Assembly (NCBI GenBank): GCA_016188605.1
Contig: JACPHP010000009.1
Span: forward strand, 24,786-88,785
Reading direction: 5' to 3'
DNA length: 64,000 nucleotides
Source: Candidatus Spechtbacteria bacterium
GTDB lineage: Bacteria > Patescibacteriota > Minisyncoccia > Spechtbacterales > JACPHP01
Part shown: positions 1 to 9,796 of the stretch, one piece after another
Layout of the letters: each line of letters begins with the position of its first letter
Numbering within the stretch: position 1 is the first letter of the stretch
The notes under the pieces: generated by a model
Told to the model about the DNA's origin: nothing
Database searches by the model: none
The model's input: the letters and a program-made list of their open reading frames with translations, nothing else
Translations under genes and position numbers: made by a program

Positions 1-909
1 TTCAATGGCGACTCCTTTTTCCTCTAATGTGTCTAAAAATAAATTCATACCAATTGAGTCGGAGCTCATATGTCCAGCTACTATCACGTTGATATGCGCT
101 TGATCGGCGAACTCACGATGCTTTTCTGATTGATGCATCGCGATCACCGTACCCACGCCCGCCTGCGCCATTTTTTCGTAAATATCAGGCGCGCCCTCGG
201 TGCCTCCAGTTATTTCCGTAACCGCGATAATGCCAGCGCGATTTTCTCTATTGCCCGCAAAAAGTTGCGGACCAAAACCCATACGCGTTGCCTGCTTGTA
301 TTCGGGAACTTCCATCAGCATATCAAAAACCTCACCAACACGATAAGGCTTTTTTGTTTCAACAAGATTTTTCAAGAATTGAAACGCCATGTTGTCGGTC
401 ACGGTGTGCGTGCACATAAATGGCATGTCTGCCAAGCGCGCAATTTCCACCACGCGGTAATGATTGCCGGGAGAAAGATTGCGTGTAACTTCTAAAATAC
501 GCTTGTTGAGCATCGCCTCGGCAACATTGATTGGCACGCCATAATCGTTCAGCACGTCTGCCTGCATGTGCATCACGTCGTCAAGCCCGGCAAGCGCGAT
601 GCCCTCTGGGTGATGGGCAATACACGCCTCTACGTTTCCTAGCTGCTTTGCAATAATAAGCTCGCCGTCATCAATATCAATGCCGACCATCACTTTTTTT
701 ATTTCGCGATCACTCCCGCCGTACAATATGCGCGTATCAGAATAAGGGTTTTCCAAGCGCTCCATGTCGTAATACGCTTTATCTTTTTCTTTCATCGCCT
801 CATATGCCTTGCGATTTTCTTCCAAAACACGACGAGCTCCCTGCTCTCCTCGCGGGTCAGCTTTCATTCCTAGATCCACTGCTTGCTTGTATATATCTTG
901 TAGTTTCAT
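1..909 (-). CDS. NIF3 (NGG1p-interacting factor 3)-like protein, runs off window start
   Basis: Manual translation from ATG at 909: MKLQDIYKQAVDLGMKADPRG...NPYSDTRILYG...VMVGIDID...AHHPEG...; typical of long NIF3-like proteins; no stop before base 1. Confidence 0.75.
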   Translation of the reverse strand, partial: MKLQDIYKQAVDLGMKADPRGEQGARRVLEENRKAYEAMKEKDKAYYDMERLENPYSDTRILYGGSDREIKKVMVGIDIDDGELIIAKQLGNVEACIAHHPEGIALAGLDDVMHMQADVLNDYGVPINVAEAMLNKRILEVTRNLSPGNHYRVVEIARLADMPFMCTHTVTDNMAFQFLKNLVETKKPYRVGEVFDMLMEVPEYKQATRMGFGPQLFAGNRENRAGIIAVTEITGGTEGAPDIYEKMAQAGVGTVIAMHQSEKHREFADQAHINVIVAGHMSSDSIGMNLFLDTLEEKGVAIE

Positions 910-942
910 AAGTGAAGATTGGTTTTATTGAATAATTAGTAT

Positions 943-1010
943 TTGTCATCTCGAATCCCGCCGTAGCGGGTGAGAGATCTCTCGTCGTTGCGACGACTTC
1001 GAGATGACAA
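943..1010. repeat. REP-like palindromic element, family R copy 1 (TGTCATCTCGA...GAGAGATCTCTCGTCG..CGACTTCGAGATGACA)
   Basis: Terminal inverted repeat with internal hairpins; near-identical copies at 10470-10539 and 14020-14150. Confidence 0.85.
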
Positions 1011-1052
1011 CACAAATAAAGTATTAAATTACTCAACAATAACCATTGCTAA

Positions 1053-1601
1053 TTATAATTGCACCACTAATTCCGCTCGTATCGGAAAATCGTGTTTAAC
1101 ATGACCGCTCTTGAACGGCGCCGAAAAACGATCGGCCACATTAGATGCCGCGGCAGATTCTGGCTTGATAAACACATCAAACCCAAGTCCGCGCGCCATG
1201 CCCACCACTTCTTTAATCATACTTTTAGTTGGCCCGCCCTCGCCAACGTCAATATGAATTTCAATGTTGTGGCGTAAAATCGCATCACCGCACTCAAGCT
1301 CCGCCGCGCGCTTCTTTAATAGCATACCCATCTCACAAGCGAGCCACGCTTCGGTGTGAATTTTCTGCTGCATAGTATTAATATTTTCTCTGCGCACGCG
1401 GGTAATAAAAAAACGCCCGCCTTGACCCACGCGATGAATGGTTATTGCGACTGGAAAATCTATCACGTTATAACCTTCTCCATCAGATCCAACCGCAATC
1501 CGATATTGGCGCTCCGGCGCGTCATTGATGTATGAGCTTAACTCAAAAATTACTTCATCAATACTGGTTAAAACGCCTTTTGTTTGATTAAAAAACCGCA
1601 T
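1053..1601 (-). CDS. Ribonuclease H-like YkuK/DUF458 family protein
   Basis: Motifs VGSDG, EIHIDVGEGGPTK, IKPES..ASNVADR; start taken at MRFFN. Confidence 0.8.
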   Translation of the reverse strand: MRFFNQTKGVLTSIDEVIFELSSYINDAPERQYRIAVGSDGEGYNVIDFPVAITIHRVGQGGRFFITRVRRENINTMQQKIHTEAWLACEMGMLLKKRAAELECGDAILRHNIEIHIDVGEGGPTKSMIKEVVGMARGLGFDVFIKPESAAASNVADRFSAPFKSGHVKHDFPIRAELVVQL

Positions 1602-1691
1602 AATGAATACTTCCACCCTACCACGAGATGCTGTCTTTTTCCAGCCCGCCGCCAAAGCAAAACAAAATCCCGACACGATACCGTATCGGGA

Positions 1692-2672
1692 TTATATATT
1701 TCTTCTCCATAAAAGAACAAAAAACGAAATGCCTAGGGGAATGAAGAATATCCATCCCAAGTCTTGTTTTTGAGGTGCGGTAACGAACGCCTGGCCTGTA
1801 TCTTTCAGCTCGCTGCGCAAAATATTGACTAGCTCGTCGTCCTGATACTGTTCAAGGTAAATTCCGTTTGTCTGCGCGGCAAGGTTGCGAAGCCACTCGC
1901 TCTGTAAAAAAGAAAAATATTCCTTACCGTTTGATGTGGCATAAGAACCAGTAAAGATACCATCCTCGTCAACCAAGGGAATTGGCGCGCCGTTTTTAGA
2001 ACCAACACCCATAACAACAAGTTTTAAATGTTGAGCTTGAAATTCGTCTATCATTTGATCTATTGCGCCAGATGAATATCCAGAACCTCCGTCTGTCAGA
2101 AGAATTATATGGGACACGTCCTTGTACATCTCTGATGAGAAAATTCTTTTGGCTGCAACCCTGAGAGCATTTATAATATCAGATCCGCGTTCCGGAATCC
2201 TGTCTACCACCATTTCATGGGTTATAACTTCCCACAGTATATCCCTATCACACGTAACAGAACTAACAGGAAAAGTTAATTTGGAAAAAAGAAACACTCC
2301 GAAGCATGCCTCTGGAACACCATCAATTATTTTTTGCATGACACTTTTTGCTCTATCAAGCTGCGAGGGAGAACTTGGCCCTTCTCGAGCAGCCATACTC
2401 GTGGAAGTATCTACGACAAACACATATTGTCCGCTAATCCCTTTTTGCGCCGCGACACCGATAAAGTATGGCTGTGCCATAATTATTATCAGCGAAACCA
2501 GGGCAACACAACTCAAAATAAACTTTAATAAAGCGTCTCTCTCCACCCTTTCGTGGTCTTCGTGCAAAGCCTTGCGCACATCTCGTTGTTTTCGCGCCTC
2601 TCGCGCGATAAATACAGCAATAAGCGGCAATACCATCAAACCGATAACTGCATAGGGAAACTCTACTTCCAT
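1692..2672 (-). CDS. VWA-domain membrane protein, BatB-like
   Basis: N-terminal TM helices, MIDAS DTSTSM, LLTDG, GVGS..GAPIP, C-terminal TM. Confidence 0.8.
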   Translation of the reverse strand: MEVEFPYAVIGLMVLPLIAVFIAREARKQRDVRKALHEDHERVERDALLKFILSCVALVSLIIIMAQPYFIGVAAQKGISGQYVFVVDTSTSMAAREGPSSPSQLDRAKSVMQKIIDGVPEACFGVFLFSKLTFPVSSVTCDRDILWEVITHEMVVDRIPERGSDIINALRVAAKRIFSSEMYKDVSHIILLTDGGSGYSSGAIDQMIDEFQAQHLKLVVMGVGSKNGAPIPLVDEDGIFTGSYATSNGKEYFSFLQSEWLRNLAAQTNGIYLEQYQDDELVNILRSELKDTGQAFVTAPQKQDLGWIFFIPLGISFFVLLWRRNI

Positions 2673-3182
2673 TTAATAATCCTTGGGAGATTCGCCGCGT
2701 CCATAACCATCTCCTTTATCATTTCCTTGGCTCGACTGATCCGATTGTTGTTGAGCGGGCGACGACAAGTCCTTCTTATCGGTTTCGTTCTGATGCCTTA
2801 GAGAAAGTAAAATTTCTAGATTCAGTTTGGCGTCTTCGTCCCGCGAATCCAGACGCACTGCTTGCTTCAAGGCTTCTTCTGCCGCCCGCGACGGGCCATA
2901 GTCTTTGTTTTGAGCGAGTCCCGTGCCAAAATTATACGCGCTTGCCTCGCGTACCTTTTTATCTTTCGCGTCTGACGCGAGTCTAGAAAAAATCTTCAAC
3001 CCGTCTACTTGTTCTTGTTCGTTTTTCATTGCCCTACTCGCATTGTTGTATAATTCCATGTCATAAGAGAATGGATATGGCCAAAACCACACAACGACAG
3101 CTAGCGCGCATCCTGCGACAAAAATCTTTTTCCCCAACCCAAGCGGCCATATAAAGCGTCTTAGCTTGCGCAAAATTTTCAT
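2673..3182 (-). CDS. TPR protein, BatC-like
   Basis: AYNFGT...QAVRLD...DAKLNLEIL TPR pattern, Q/S-rich tail, position in Bat-like operon. Confidence 0.7.
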   Translation of the reverse strand: MKILRKLRRFIWPLGLGKKIFVAGCALAVVVWFWPYPFSYDMELYNNASRAMKNEQEQVDGLKIFSRLASDAKDKKVREASAYNFGTGLAQNKDYGPSRAAEEALKQAVRLDSRDEDAKLNLEILLSLRHQNETDKKDLSSPAQQQSDQSSQGNDKGDGYGRGESPKDY

Positions 3183-4210
3183 TACGCTCTCCTTTCGCTG
3201 TTATAACGATTGGCGACCATAAAGAAAATGTTTTCGGAAAGAAAAATCAAAAGCAACAGCGCGAAGAAAAAAGATGCCGCGGCATAGAATCTTAGGCTTG
3301 TATCATATGCGCGATTCGGTGTGTTGAGATCGCGTTGGTATTCCGTATTCTCAATAAGAGAAAAAGCTTCTTTAGTGTCTGCTGGTGATGTTGCGGAGAA
3401 AACGCGCACATCATCATCTTCAACGAATACTCGCTGAATATCTTTGGCAACCTCCTGATTTGTGGCAATGCCTAACACATAAATACGAACTCCTTTGGCG
3501 CGCAATCGCTTTATTGAATTAATTAACTCTTTGGGATTATCAAAAAGGTCTGTGATTAACAAAAATACTTTGTCGTTCGCGTATTCCGCTTCTTGAAGTA
3601 TTTTTTCTCCTGCCAAAAATGCTTTTGGCGTATTTGTGCCGCCGGAGAACGAATATAGCTGCGATAGATCATTCTTTGCGGAGATATCATCTTGGAAAAG
3701 CACATTTTCCAAAAACACCATATCGCGTGAAGGATATGTGACTATAAAGGAATCATTGCTAAAAAGAATCAGGCTAATGCGTTCGTTCTTTTGACTCCTT
3801 ACGATTTCTCTAAATGATTCGCGCGCTAATTGATAAGGTGTTAATCCTTCCTCTTTGTCATAACCCACTGATACGCTCATGCTGTATGAAACATCCAACA
3901 GCACGATAAAATGCTTGAATAATTCCTTGCGATTTGTTTGGGTAATGTCCTGGGTCGTAATAATCCTAGGATCGGCCAATGCAACAGTAAAAACAAATAT
4001 ACCAAAAACAAGGAGTATCGTTCGAAGGTTTTTCATAAAACCAGCTCTACTGCCGCGCGGCAACAAATCAATATCGCTTACGCTAAATGCATATTGTTTT
4101 TTTCGTCCCAGTGATTGATATACCAGCGCCGCAAGATACGGCACGGCTATCAAAAGCAACCAGGGGGAGGAAAAATAAAAAGTTCGCAAAATATCAAACA
4201 ATGCGCTCAT
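3182..4210 (-). CDS. VWA-domain membrane protein, BatA-like
   Basis: N-terminal F.SPWLLL..P, ALADP, MIDAS DVSYSM, GGTN, LITD. Confidence 0.8.
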   Translation of the reverse strand: MSALFDILRTFYFSSPWLLLIAVPYLAALVYQSLGRKKQYAFSVSDIDLLPRGSRAGFMKNLRTILLVFGIFVFTVALADPRIITTQDITQTNRKELFKHFIVLLDVSYSMSVSVGYDKEEGLTPYQLARESFREIVRSQKNERISLILFSNDSFIVTYPSRDMVFLENVLFQDDISAKNDLSQLYSFSGGTNTPKAFLAGEKILQEAEYANDKVFLLITDLFDNPKELINSIKRLRAKGVRIYVLGIATNQEVAKDIQRVFVEDDDVRVFSATSPADTKEAFSLIENTEYQRDLNTPNRAYDTSLRFYAAASFFFALLLLIFLSENIFFMVANRYNSERRA

Positions 4211-5169
4211 TGTTTTTCCCCCCTTCTTTCAAAGTATCGCCGCAAAATTATCCCTAGTAGTTGATAAGCAAGCACCGCATCGCTCTCTTTGGGATCGTAT
4301 CTGGCGTACGCTATCTCGATCAACGCCCACAAATTCCCCCATACCGCGCGTTGTTCTTTAGGGAAATACTTCCCCCAAATCTGGATCGATGTAAAGCCCT
4401 CGTCTTTTGCAAGACCGTGCGCAAATAACTCAATCTCAAACAGCGCTCTTCGCGAATCATGTAATGTTTTTCCAATTTCTTGATATCGCAGCCGCAAAAG
4501 ATCATTTTGTGACATAGACGATATTATGCGATTCCGATGCCTCAATTTTCTTTCTATGAAAACAATAATTGGCGCACTAACTAGTGAGATGGCAATAACT
4601 GCCGCGTAAATTCTTGTGAGCCATCGCCAATTAAAAATTTCTTTCTTGAGCGGGGCGAAATCAGCTTCTTCGGCGTTCACGCGACGTTCAATTTTTATAA
4701 TAGTCCGCGGCACACCAATTGTATTCCTTTGAGAAGTTGCTGGGTCTAGAAAGCTAATTTTCGACGGGCCAATCGCATAACTCTCTCCTGGAATTATTTC
4801 TACCGCCTGCAAAAGATATTTTCGCGAATAACTTACAATATCGCCCTTCATGCTTTTCTCTTGCGCGTAAGCAATAATATTATCAAACGGTTTAAGAGAA
4901 ATAGAATTATTTAACTCCTGCTTATCTAGTTCTACAAGCGAAGGCCGGTATGTCACTGTCGCCACAAACCAAAATTCATTACCTGCGTATATGGTTGTCG
5001 GATTAGTATCCGCGGTAAAAGAAAATTTTTCTCCGGCGTTTAGATTGCCTACACTAATATTGGCACTATCATATGGCACAAGTACACACGCCGCCAAAGC
5101 AATTAGGAGGGCCGCAAGAATGCGCGCGCTCCTACCTTTTACTGTGATTAGTCTGACAAATATTTCCAT
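4207..5169 (-). CDS. BatD-like exported/membrane protein
   Basis: Signal/TM, beta-rich domain, second TM; typical position after DUF58. Confidence 0.55.
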   Translation of the reverse strand: MEIFVRLITVKGRSARILAALLIALAACVLVPYDSANISVGNLNAGEKFSFTADTNPTTIYAGNEFWFVATVTYRPSLVELDKQELNNSISLKPFDNIIAYAQEKSMKGDIVSYSRKYLLQAVEIIPGESYAIGPSKISFLDPATSQRNTIGVPRTIIKIERRVNAEEADFAPLKKEIFNWRWLTRIYAAVIAISLVSAPIIVFIERKLRHRNRIISSMSQNDLLRLRYQEIGKTLHDSRRALFEIELFAHGLAKDEGFTSIQIWGKYFPKEQRAVWGNLWALIEIAYARYDPKESDAVLAYQLLGIILRRYFERRGEKQ

Positions 5170-5186
5170 CTTGCGCCCTCCTTTCT

Positions 5187-6095
5187 TTAACCAGAGTGAA
5201 GTCTTTGCCTAGTTTTGCGACTAAGAAAAAAGTTAGAAAAAACCCCGAATAACCCCCCAAGACTATAGTCGTCAATGTGTATCGACTCAATGCCCGCATT
5301 GCGAAAAGCGGCTTGCAGCTCTGTAAATCTTTTTTCATTAGCCGTTTTGATTTCACGCTGATCTTCCGGGGTTAACCACAATTCCCGCTGACGTTCTGCT
5401 TCTTCGTCGTATAAGACAAAACTAATGGGAAAGTCAAAGACGGGAAAAGTGTATTCCAGATCGTCTTGCACGATGACTGGAATAATATCGTAGCGATGAG
5501 CCAGTTGCTTAAGAACCTTTTCTCTTTCGTCACCCGAAACATACAAACCGAGAAAATCAGAAATAACAAACACGATACTGTGTGGCTCAATTGTTCTGTG
5601 CAGATGTTGATATAGCGCTAGAAGAAAATCTTGTTTGCTCGATTTCTTATCTTGCCCGCTCCCCAGCCTCCGATAAAGAGAAAGGAATTGTTGTTCTCCG
5701 CGTCGAGGATTAAGATGATTTTTCCAATCGCCTAGAAAGGCAAGCTCAAACGAGCTTTCGTGTTTATAAGCAGAAAAAAGCAACGTGGCAGCAGCGTTAA
5801 TCTGAATAACTTTTTTACTTCTTAATCTCATAGACGCCGTTGCATCGCCATAGATTACAACAGTCAAATCGCGCAGCGTTACGCGATCAACGATCGTCTG
5901 AACGCCGCGTTTTGCGCTAATGCGCGGGTTTACGCGCCTGATATTATCCCCGATACGATAATCGCGAAGAGAATCGATATCAAACCCCTCGCCGTGATAC
6001 ACGCTATCCCACTCGCCGGGCAAAATGCTTACCACTGGATGCAACGGGACCAGTGGAACGCGATATCTTTCCAAGGCTACTAAGAATTTATCCAT
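5187..6095 (-). CDS. DUF58 family protein
   Basis: GEGFDIDSLRDYRIGDNIRRV, DATASM, VFVISDF. Confidence 0.9.
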   Translation of the reverse strand: MDKFLVALERYRVPLVPLHPVVSILPGEWDSVYHGEGFDIDSLRDYRIGDNIRRVNPRISAKRGVQTIVDRVTLRDLTVVIYGDATASMRLRSKKVIQINAAATLLFSAYKHESSFELAFLGDWKNHLNPRRGEQQFLSLYRRLGSGQDKKSSKQDFLLALYQHLHRTIEPHSIVFVISDFLGLYVSGDEREKVLKQLAHRYDIIPVIVQDDLEYTFPVFDFPISFVLYDEEAERQRELWLTPEDQREIKTANEKRFTELQAAFRNAGIESIHIDDYSLGGLFGVFSNFFLSRKTRQRLHSG

Positions 6096-7079
6096 CTATT
6101 TTTCCCCTCTAATCACTTCATCGCAAACCTTTTGCACAAAATTTTGGATTGCTTTTTCGTCCTCCTCCACGCCTAGTTCAAATACTAAACGGTGACGAAG
6201 AATACGCAGAGCAACACCTTGAAGATCTGCTGGCGATACATAATTACGTGAATTAAGCGCGGCATGAACCCGCGCCGCCTCAACTAGCGCAATCGGTACA
6301 CGAGGAGAAGCGCCACCAAAATGGGCAATAATACCCTCTCCGCATTGATCTTGCTCCGGACGCGTTGCCTGTGCAATTCGCGCGGCAAGTTCATAGATAC
6401 GCCGTTCAGCATGAAGGGAACGAATAGTATCGCAAATTTCCAATACGGTTTGCGCGTCCATTACTTGGGAAATAGCGATGTCTTCTTGTTTTTGCGTAGA
6501 ATAGCGCCTAGCAATTTCTATCTCATCCTCAAGTGAAGGATATTGCACAAGAACTTTCATTAAAAATCTATCAAGCTCCGCTCTGCCCAGAGGATATGTG
6601 CCTTCTGCTTCAAGAGGATTTTGTGTAGCCATAACCATAAATGGTTGCGGCAATGCGAGTGTTTCTCCTCCCACCGTAACTTGCTGCTCCTGCATCGGCT
6701 CCAAAATCCTGCTCTTTGATTTTGTACTAGCGCGGTTAAGTTCATCACACAGAAAAAGATTGGTGAATACGGGCCCTCTTTCTACAAGTTTGGTACGTTG
6801 ATTTTCACTATCAAATACCTCCACGCCCACAATATCCCCGGGCAAAATGTCAGATGCAAACGAAACACGCCTGCAATCCAAAGACATTGCCCTTCCCAAG
6901 GTTTTTAGCAAAAGAGTCTTCCCAAGCCCCGGTGCGCCTTCAAGCAACACATGCCCGTTGCAAAACAAACATATAAGCACTGATTCTACCACATCATCCA
7001 TGCCAACAATAACCTTGCGAATCTCTTTCTGAAGCATGGATATTTCCCGCACCGCCTCACTAATTGTCATGACGCTCAT
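6096..7079 (-). CDS. moxR: MoxR family AAA+ ATPase
   Basis: GHVLLEGAPGLGKT, DELNRA, ATQNPLE.EGTYPL..AELDRF, GASPR. Confidence 0.95.
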   Translation of the reverse strand: MSVMTISEAVREISMLQKEIRKVIVGMDDVVESVLICLFCNGHVLLEGAPGLGKTLLLKTLGRAMSLDCRRVSFASDILPGDIVGVEVFDSENQRTKLVERGPVFTNLFLCDELNRASTKSKSRILEPMQEQQVTVGGETLALPQPFMVMATQNPLEAEGTYPLGRAELDRFLMKVLVQYPSLEDEIEIARRYSTQKQEDIAISQVMDAQTVLEICDTIRSLHAERRIYELAARIAQATRPEQDQCGEGIIAHFGGASPRVPIALVEAARVHAALNSRNYVSPADLQGVALRILRHRLVFELGVEEDEKAIQNFVQKVCDEVIRGEK

Positions 7080-7138
7080 TTTGTTCCTCGCTTTCTTTAT
7101 ATATTGTCAAAGTACGCTCGCCCCTCTCTTTTTACAGA

Positions 7139-7193
7139 AAAAGGACAATTCCTCTGCACGAATTAATATCGCATGCAGAAAAATTGTCCTTTT
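7139..7193. terminator. Long imperfect hairpin between murE and moxR
   Basis: AAAAGGACAATTCCTCTGCAC...TGCAGAAAAATTGTCCTTTT, T-run on both strands. Confidence 0.55.
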
Positions 7194-7307
7194 AGGGATA
7201 GAGTCGGCGTTGCCTGCCATAATGGAAGCAGCTTGCCCTTTCCTTTCCGAAGGAATCGCGCATCATATTGTTACTTGAATGGTTTATCGTTTTTCGTACC
7301 ACAAAAC

Positions 7308-8690
7308 CTAGCTGGGGTCAACTGTTTTCAGCTTTCTGTATTCTTCTCTGACAACCGTGCGATCGTCCCAAGGAATCCTTCCATCTTTCACCATCATCCA
7401 CGGCTCGCATCCCTTGCCGGTGACAATGACCACATCGTCTTGCTTGGCTATGTTTAGGGCATGTCTTATTGCTTCCCGACGGTCTAAAATTTCATTCGGT
7501 TTCGAAATTCGAAATGCAAAATTCGAAATTCCAAATTTTATTTCCGATAAAATCTGGCTGGGGTTTTCGTTGTAGGGATCCTCATCTGTCAAAATAATTT
7601 CGTCGCAATGTTGCGCCGCAATTTTGCCCATCTCCGGCCGCTTCCATTTATCTCGCCCTCCGCCGGCGGAACCTAGCACGCAAATTAATCTGCTGCTAAC
7701 TGCTGACAGTCGACCGTCTACCGCTGACCGCTGACCGCCCTCGTAAGCAGTTGTCTGTTGTCTGTTGTCGATTGTCTGTTGTCGGTAGACTTCGAGCGTT
7801 TTATAAACATTTTCCAACGCGTCTGGCGTATGCGCGTAATCTACAAATACTGTAAACGGATCCTTAATTACTATTTCCATACGTCCTGGCTCGCCTTGCA
7901 CTTCCGCAAGCGCCTCTTTTATTGTTTCTAATTTCACGCCCTGTGCTTTTGCCGCGCATATTGCCGCCATCGCGTTTTGTACATTAAACTCGCCGAAAAG
8001 ATTAAGACCAATTCTAGTACCCAGTACATCGAATGAAGTTCCGTTTTTTCCAAGTATTGTATTTTCAGCTTCTATAGTTTTGAATTGCGAATCATGAATT
8101 GTGAGTTGTGAATCTTTATGACTTAATTTATAAACCAACTTTCTCTCCGCGTTAAACTTCAAAAAGTAATCCGCGCTGGGATCATCGCCGTTCACCACCA
8201 TTGTTTTTACGCTCTTGAATAGTTCGCTTTTTGCCTTGCGATAGTTTTCAAATCCGCCGTGACTCTCAATGTGCTCGGGCGTAACATTGGTAAGCACCGC
8301 TGTATCAAAATTAATAAACTTATGACGATGCTGCGCGATCCCCTCTGACGTCACTTCCACCACAGCGTACTTGCAGCCGGCATCCACTGCCTCGCGCAAA
8401 AACCTCTGCGTCATCATTCGCCCGGGCATAGTCATTTTTAAAGTATTCAAAGATTCTTTTCCCGCGACGCGAAATCTAATAGAAGAAGCGGATGCCACAA
8501 GTTGATTGTCTTTTTCCAAAATACGCGCGATTAAATCAACGGTTGTTGACTTGCCATTAGTGCCAGTAACCCCAATTAGCACCATCTTTCGCCCAGGAAA
8601 ACCGTAATAAGCCGCGGCAAAAAAAGCCGTAGCCCAGTAATACCAGTCCAGCAAAAACCGCGGGATGAGTTTTTTTAGTATACTTTTCAT
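7308..8690 (-). CDS. murE: UDP-N-acetylmuramyl-tripeptide synthetase, with three repeat-derived in-frame segments
   Basis: GVTGTNGKSTT, EVTSEG, PGRME, VDYAHTPDAL, GGGRDKWKRP.MG, GKG. Confidence 0.92.
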   Translation of the reverse strand: MKSILKKLIPRFLLDWYYWATAFFAAAYYGFPGRKMVLIGVTGTNGKSTTVDLIARILEKDNQLVASASSIRFRVAGKESLNTLKMTMPGRMMTQRFLREAVDAGCKYAVVEVTSEGIAQHRHKFINFDTAVLTNVTPEHIESHGGFENYRKAKSELFKSVKTMVVNGDDPSADYFLKFNAERKLVYKLSHKDSQLTIHDSQFKTIEAENTILGKNGTSFDVLGTRIGLNLFGEFNVQNAMAAICAAKAQGVKLETIKEALAEVQGEPGRMEIVIKDPFTVFVDYAHTPDALENVYKTLEVYRQQTIDNRQQTTAYEGGQRSAVDGRLSAVSSRLICVLGSAGGGRDKWKRPEMGKIAAQHCDEIILTDEDPYNENPSQILSEIKFGISNFAFRISKPNEILDRREAIRHALNIAKQDDVVIVTGKGCEPWMMVKDGRIPWDDRTVVREEYRKLKTVDPS

Positions 8691-8702
8691 TATCTCTACA
8701 TT

Positions 8703-9593
8703 CTATATCTTACCTTTCAATGTGTAAAAAAAGTAAGATATTTTGTTTAAAACAAAGTCGTATGAACCAATATAGTTCACTTCCCGCCCGCCGAACCCTC
8801 GCTTGAATCTTGTCACGCCTGGCCATTTTTTCTCATCAATACCCCAAAAATCATAGGTCTCATAATTTTGCTTTTTTGCCTCTTTTATGATTTCCCAGTG
8901 CAATTGATATGGCGCCATTAAGTTTCTATGTCCGTAATCGGACGCGCCGTGAAGATAGTAGGCTTGATTTTCAAAAAATAATACTATTGCTCCAGCTAAT
9001 ATCTTGCCATTCTGTTCCGCTAAAAATATTTTGCACGCCGCTCTGCTTTCTACCCCATCCCCCATACCAAAAAATGAAAGTAAAACACGGTAGTATTCTT
9101 TTTCATGTGTAAAAAATTTATCTCGCTCCGCGGTTTTTTGAAGAAGATTCCAAAAAATTTCGTAGTCCTCTTCTATATTTTCCAACTGCCTTATTTGCAC
9201 GCCATTTTTTTGCGCTACACGGATGTTGTAGCGAGTTTTAGGATGCATGCCGACCAGCAATTCTTCTTCGGTCTTTTTTAGATCCATTACAATCGTTGAC
9301 TGTGGTTGAATAAACTTGGCTGATTTCTTAAATCCAACTTTCTCCAGTACATCAACTTGCCTGGCATCTTCCATCATCGGCTCAAATTTAAAAAACATCG
9401 CCTTTATTTCTTGGGCGATTTCTTTTACTTCACTTAGTATCTGTGGGTTGTAGCTTGCGCCAGCCGCGTACAACGACTTTTGCCCAAACGGCATTACTCT
9501 TTCCAATACCAGCATGCCATCACTTGTCCGCCAAGTTTTTCGTTGAAGCGCCTTTTGAAATTGCTCCCACTCTTTTGATTGTAAGAAGTGCAT
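8703..9593 (-). CDS. FemABX/lipid II:glycine glycyltransferase family
   Basis: HFLQS.EW..F, KTRYNIR.A.K.GV, YDFWG, GVTRFKRGFGG. Confidence 0.9.
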   Translation of the reverse strand: MHFLQSKEWEQFQKALQRKTWRTSDGMLVLERVMPFGQKSLYAAGASYNPQILSEVKEIAQEIKAMFFKFEPMMEDARQVDVLEKVGFKKSAKFIQPQSTIVMDLKKTEEELLVGMHPKTRYNIRVAQKNGVQIRQLENIEEDYEIFWNLLQKTAERDKFFTHEKEYYRVLLSFFGMGDGVESRAACKIFLAEQNGKILAGAIVLFFENQAYYLHGASDYGHRNLMAPYQLHWEIIKEAKKQNYETYDFWGIDEKKWPGVTRFKRGFGGREVNYIGSYDFVLNKISYFFYTLKGKI

Positions 9594-9606
9594 AGTGTGT
9601 GTAAAA

Positions 9607-9793
9607 AATTTTCAATTTTCAATGATCAATTTTCAATCAATGACCTAATGTCCTAATTTTCTCCGCCTGAGGCGGATCAGCCTATGGCTGAAAACACACG
9701 ATTAGAAATTGAAACATTGAAAATTTATTGCGTAGAGCAACGTGGTTGCCACGCAACTCTACGTTGTAAATTGAAAATTGATCATTGAAAATT
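9607..9793. repeat. Heptamer-periodic inverted-repeat element (family B, TTTTCAA units) carrying two nested palindromes (9662-9691, 9731-9763)
   Basis: Left arm TTTTCAA/TGATCAA units, mirrored right arm TTGAAAA; related inverted copy at 62636-62760. Confidence 0.85.
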
Positions 9794-9796
9794 CAG

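Noticed and set aside
130-495. Plus-strand 121-aa ORF and many other short antisense ORFs in the track
   Set aside because: Shadows of confidently identified opposite-strand genes
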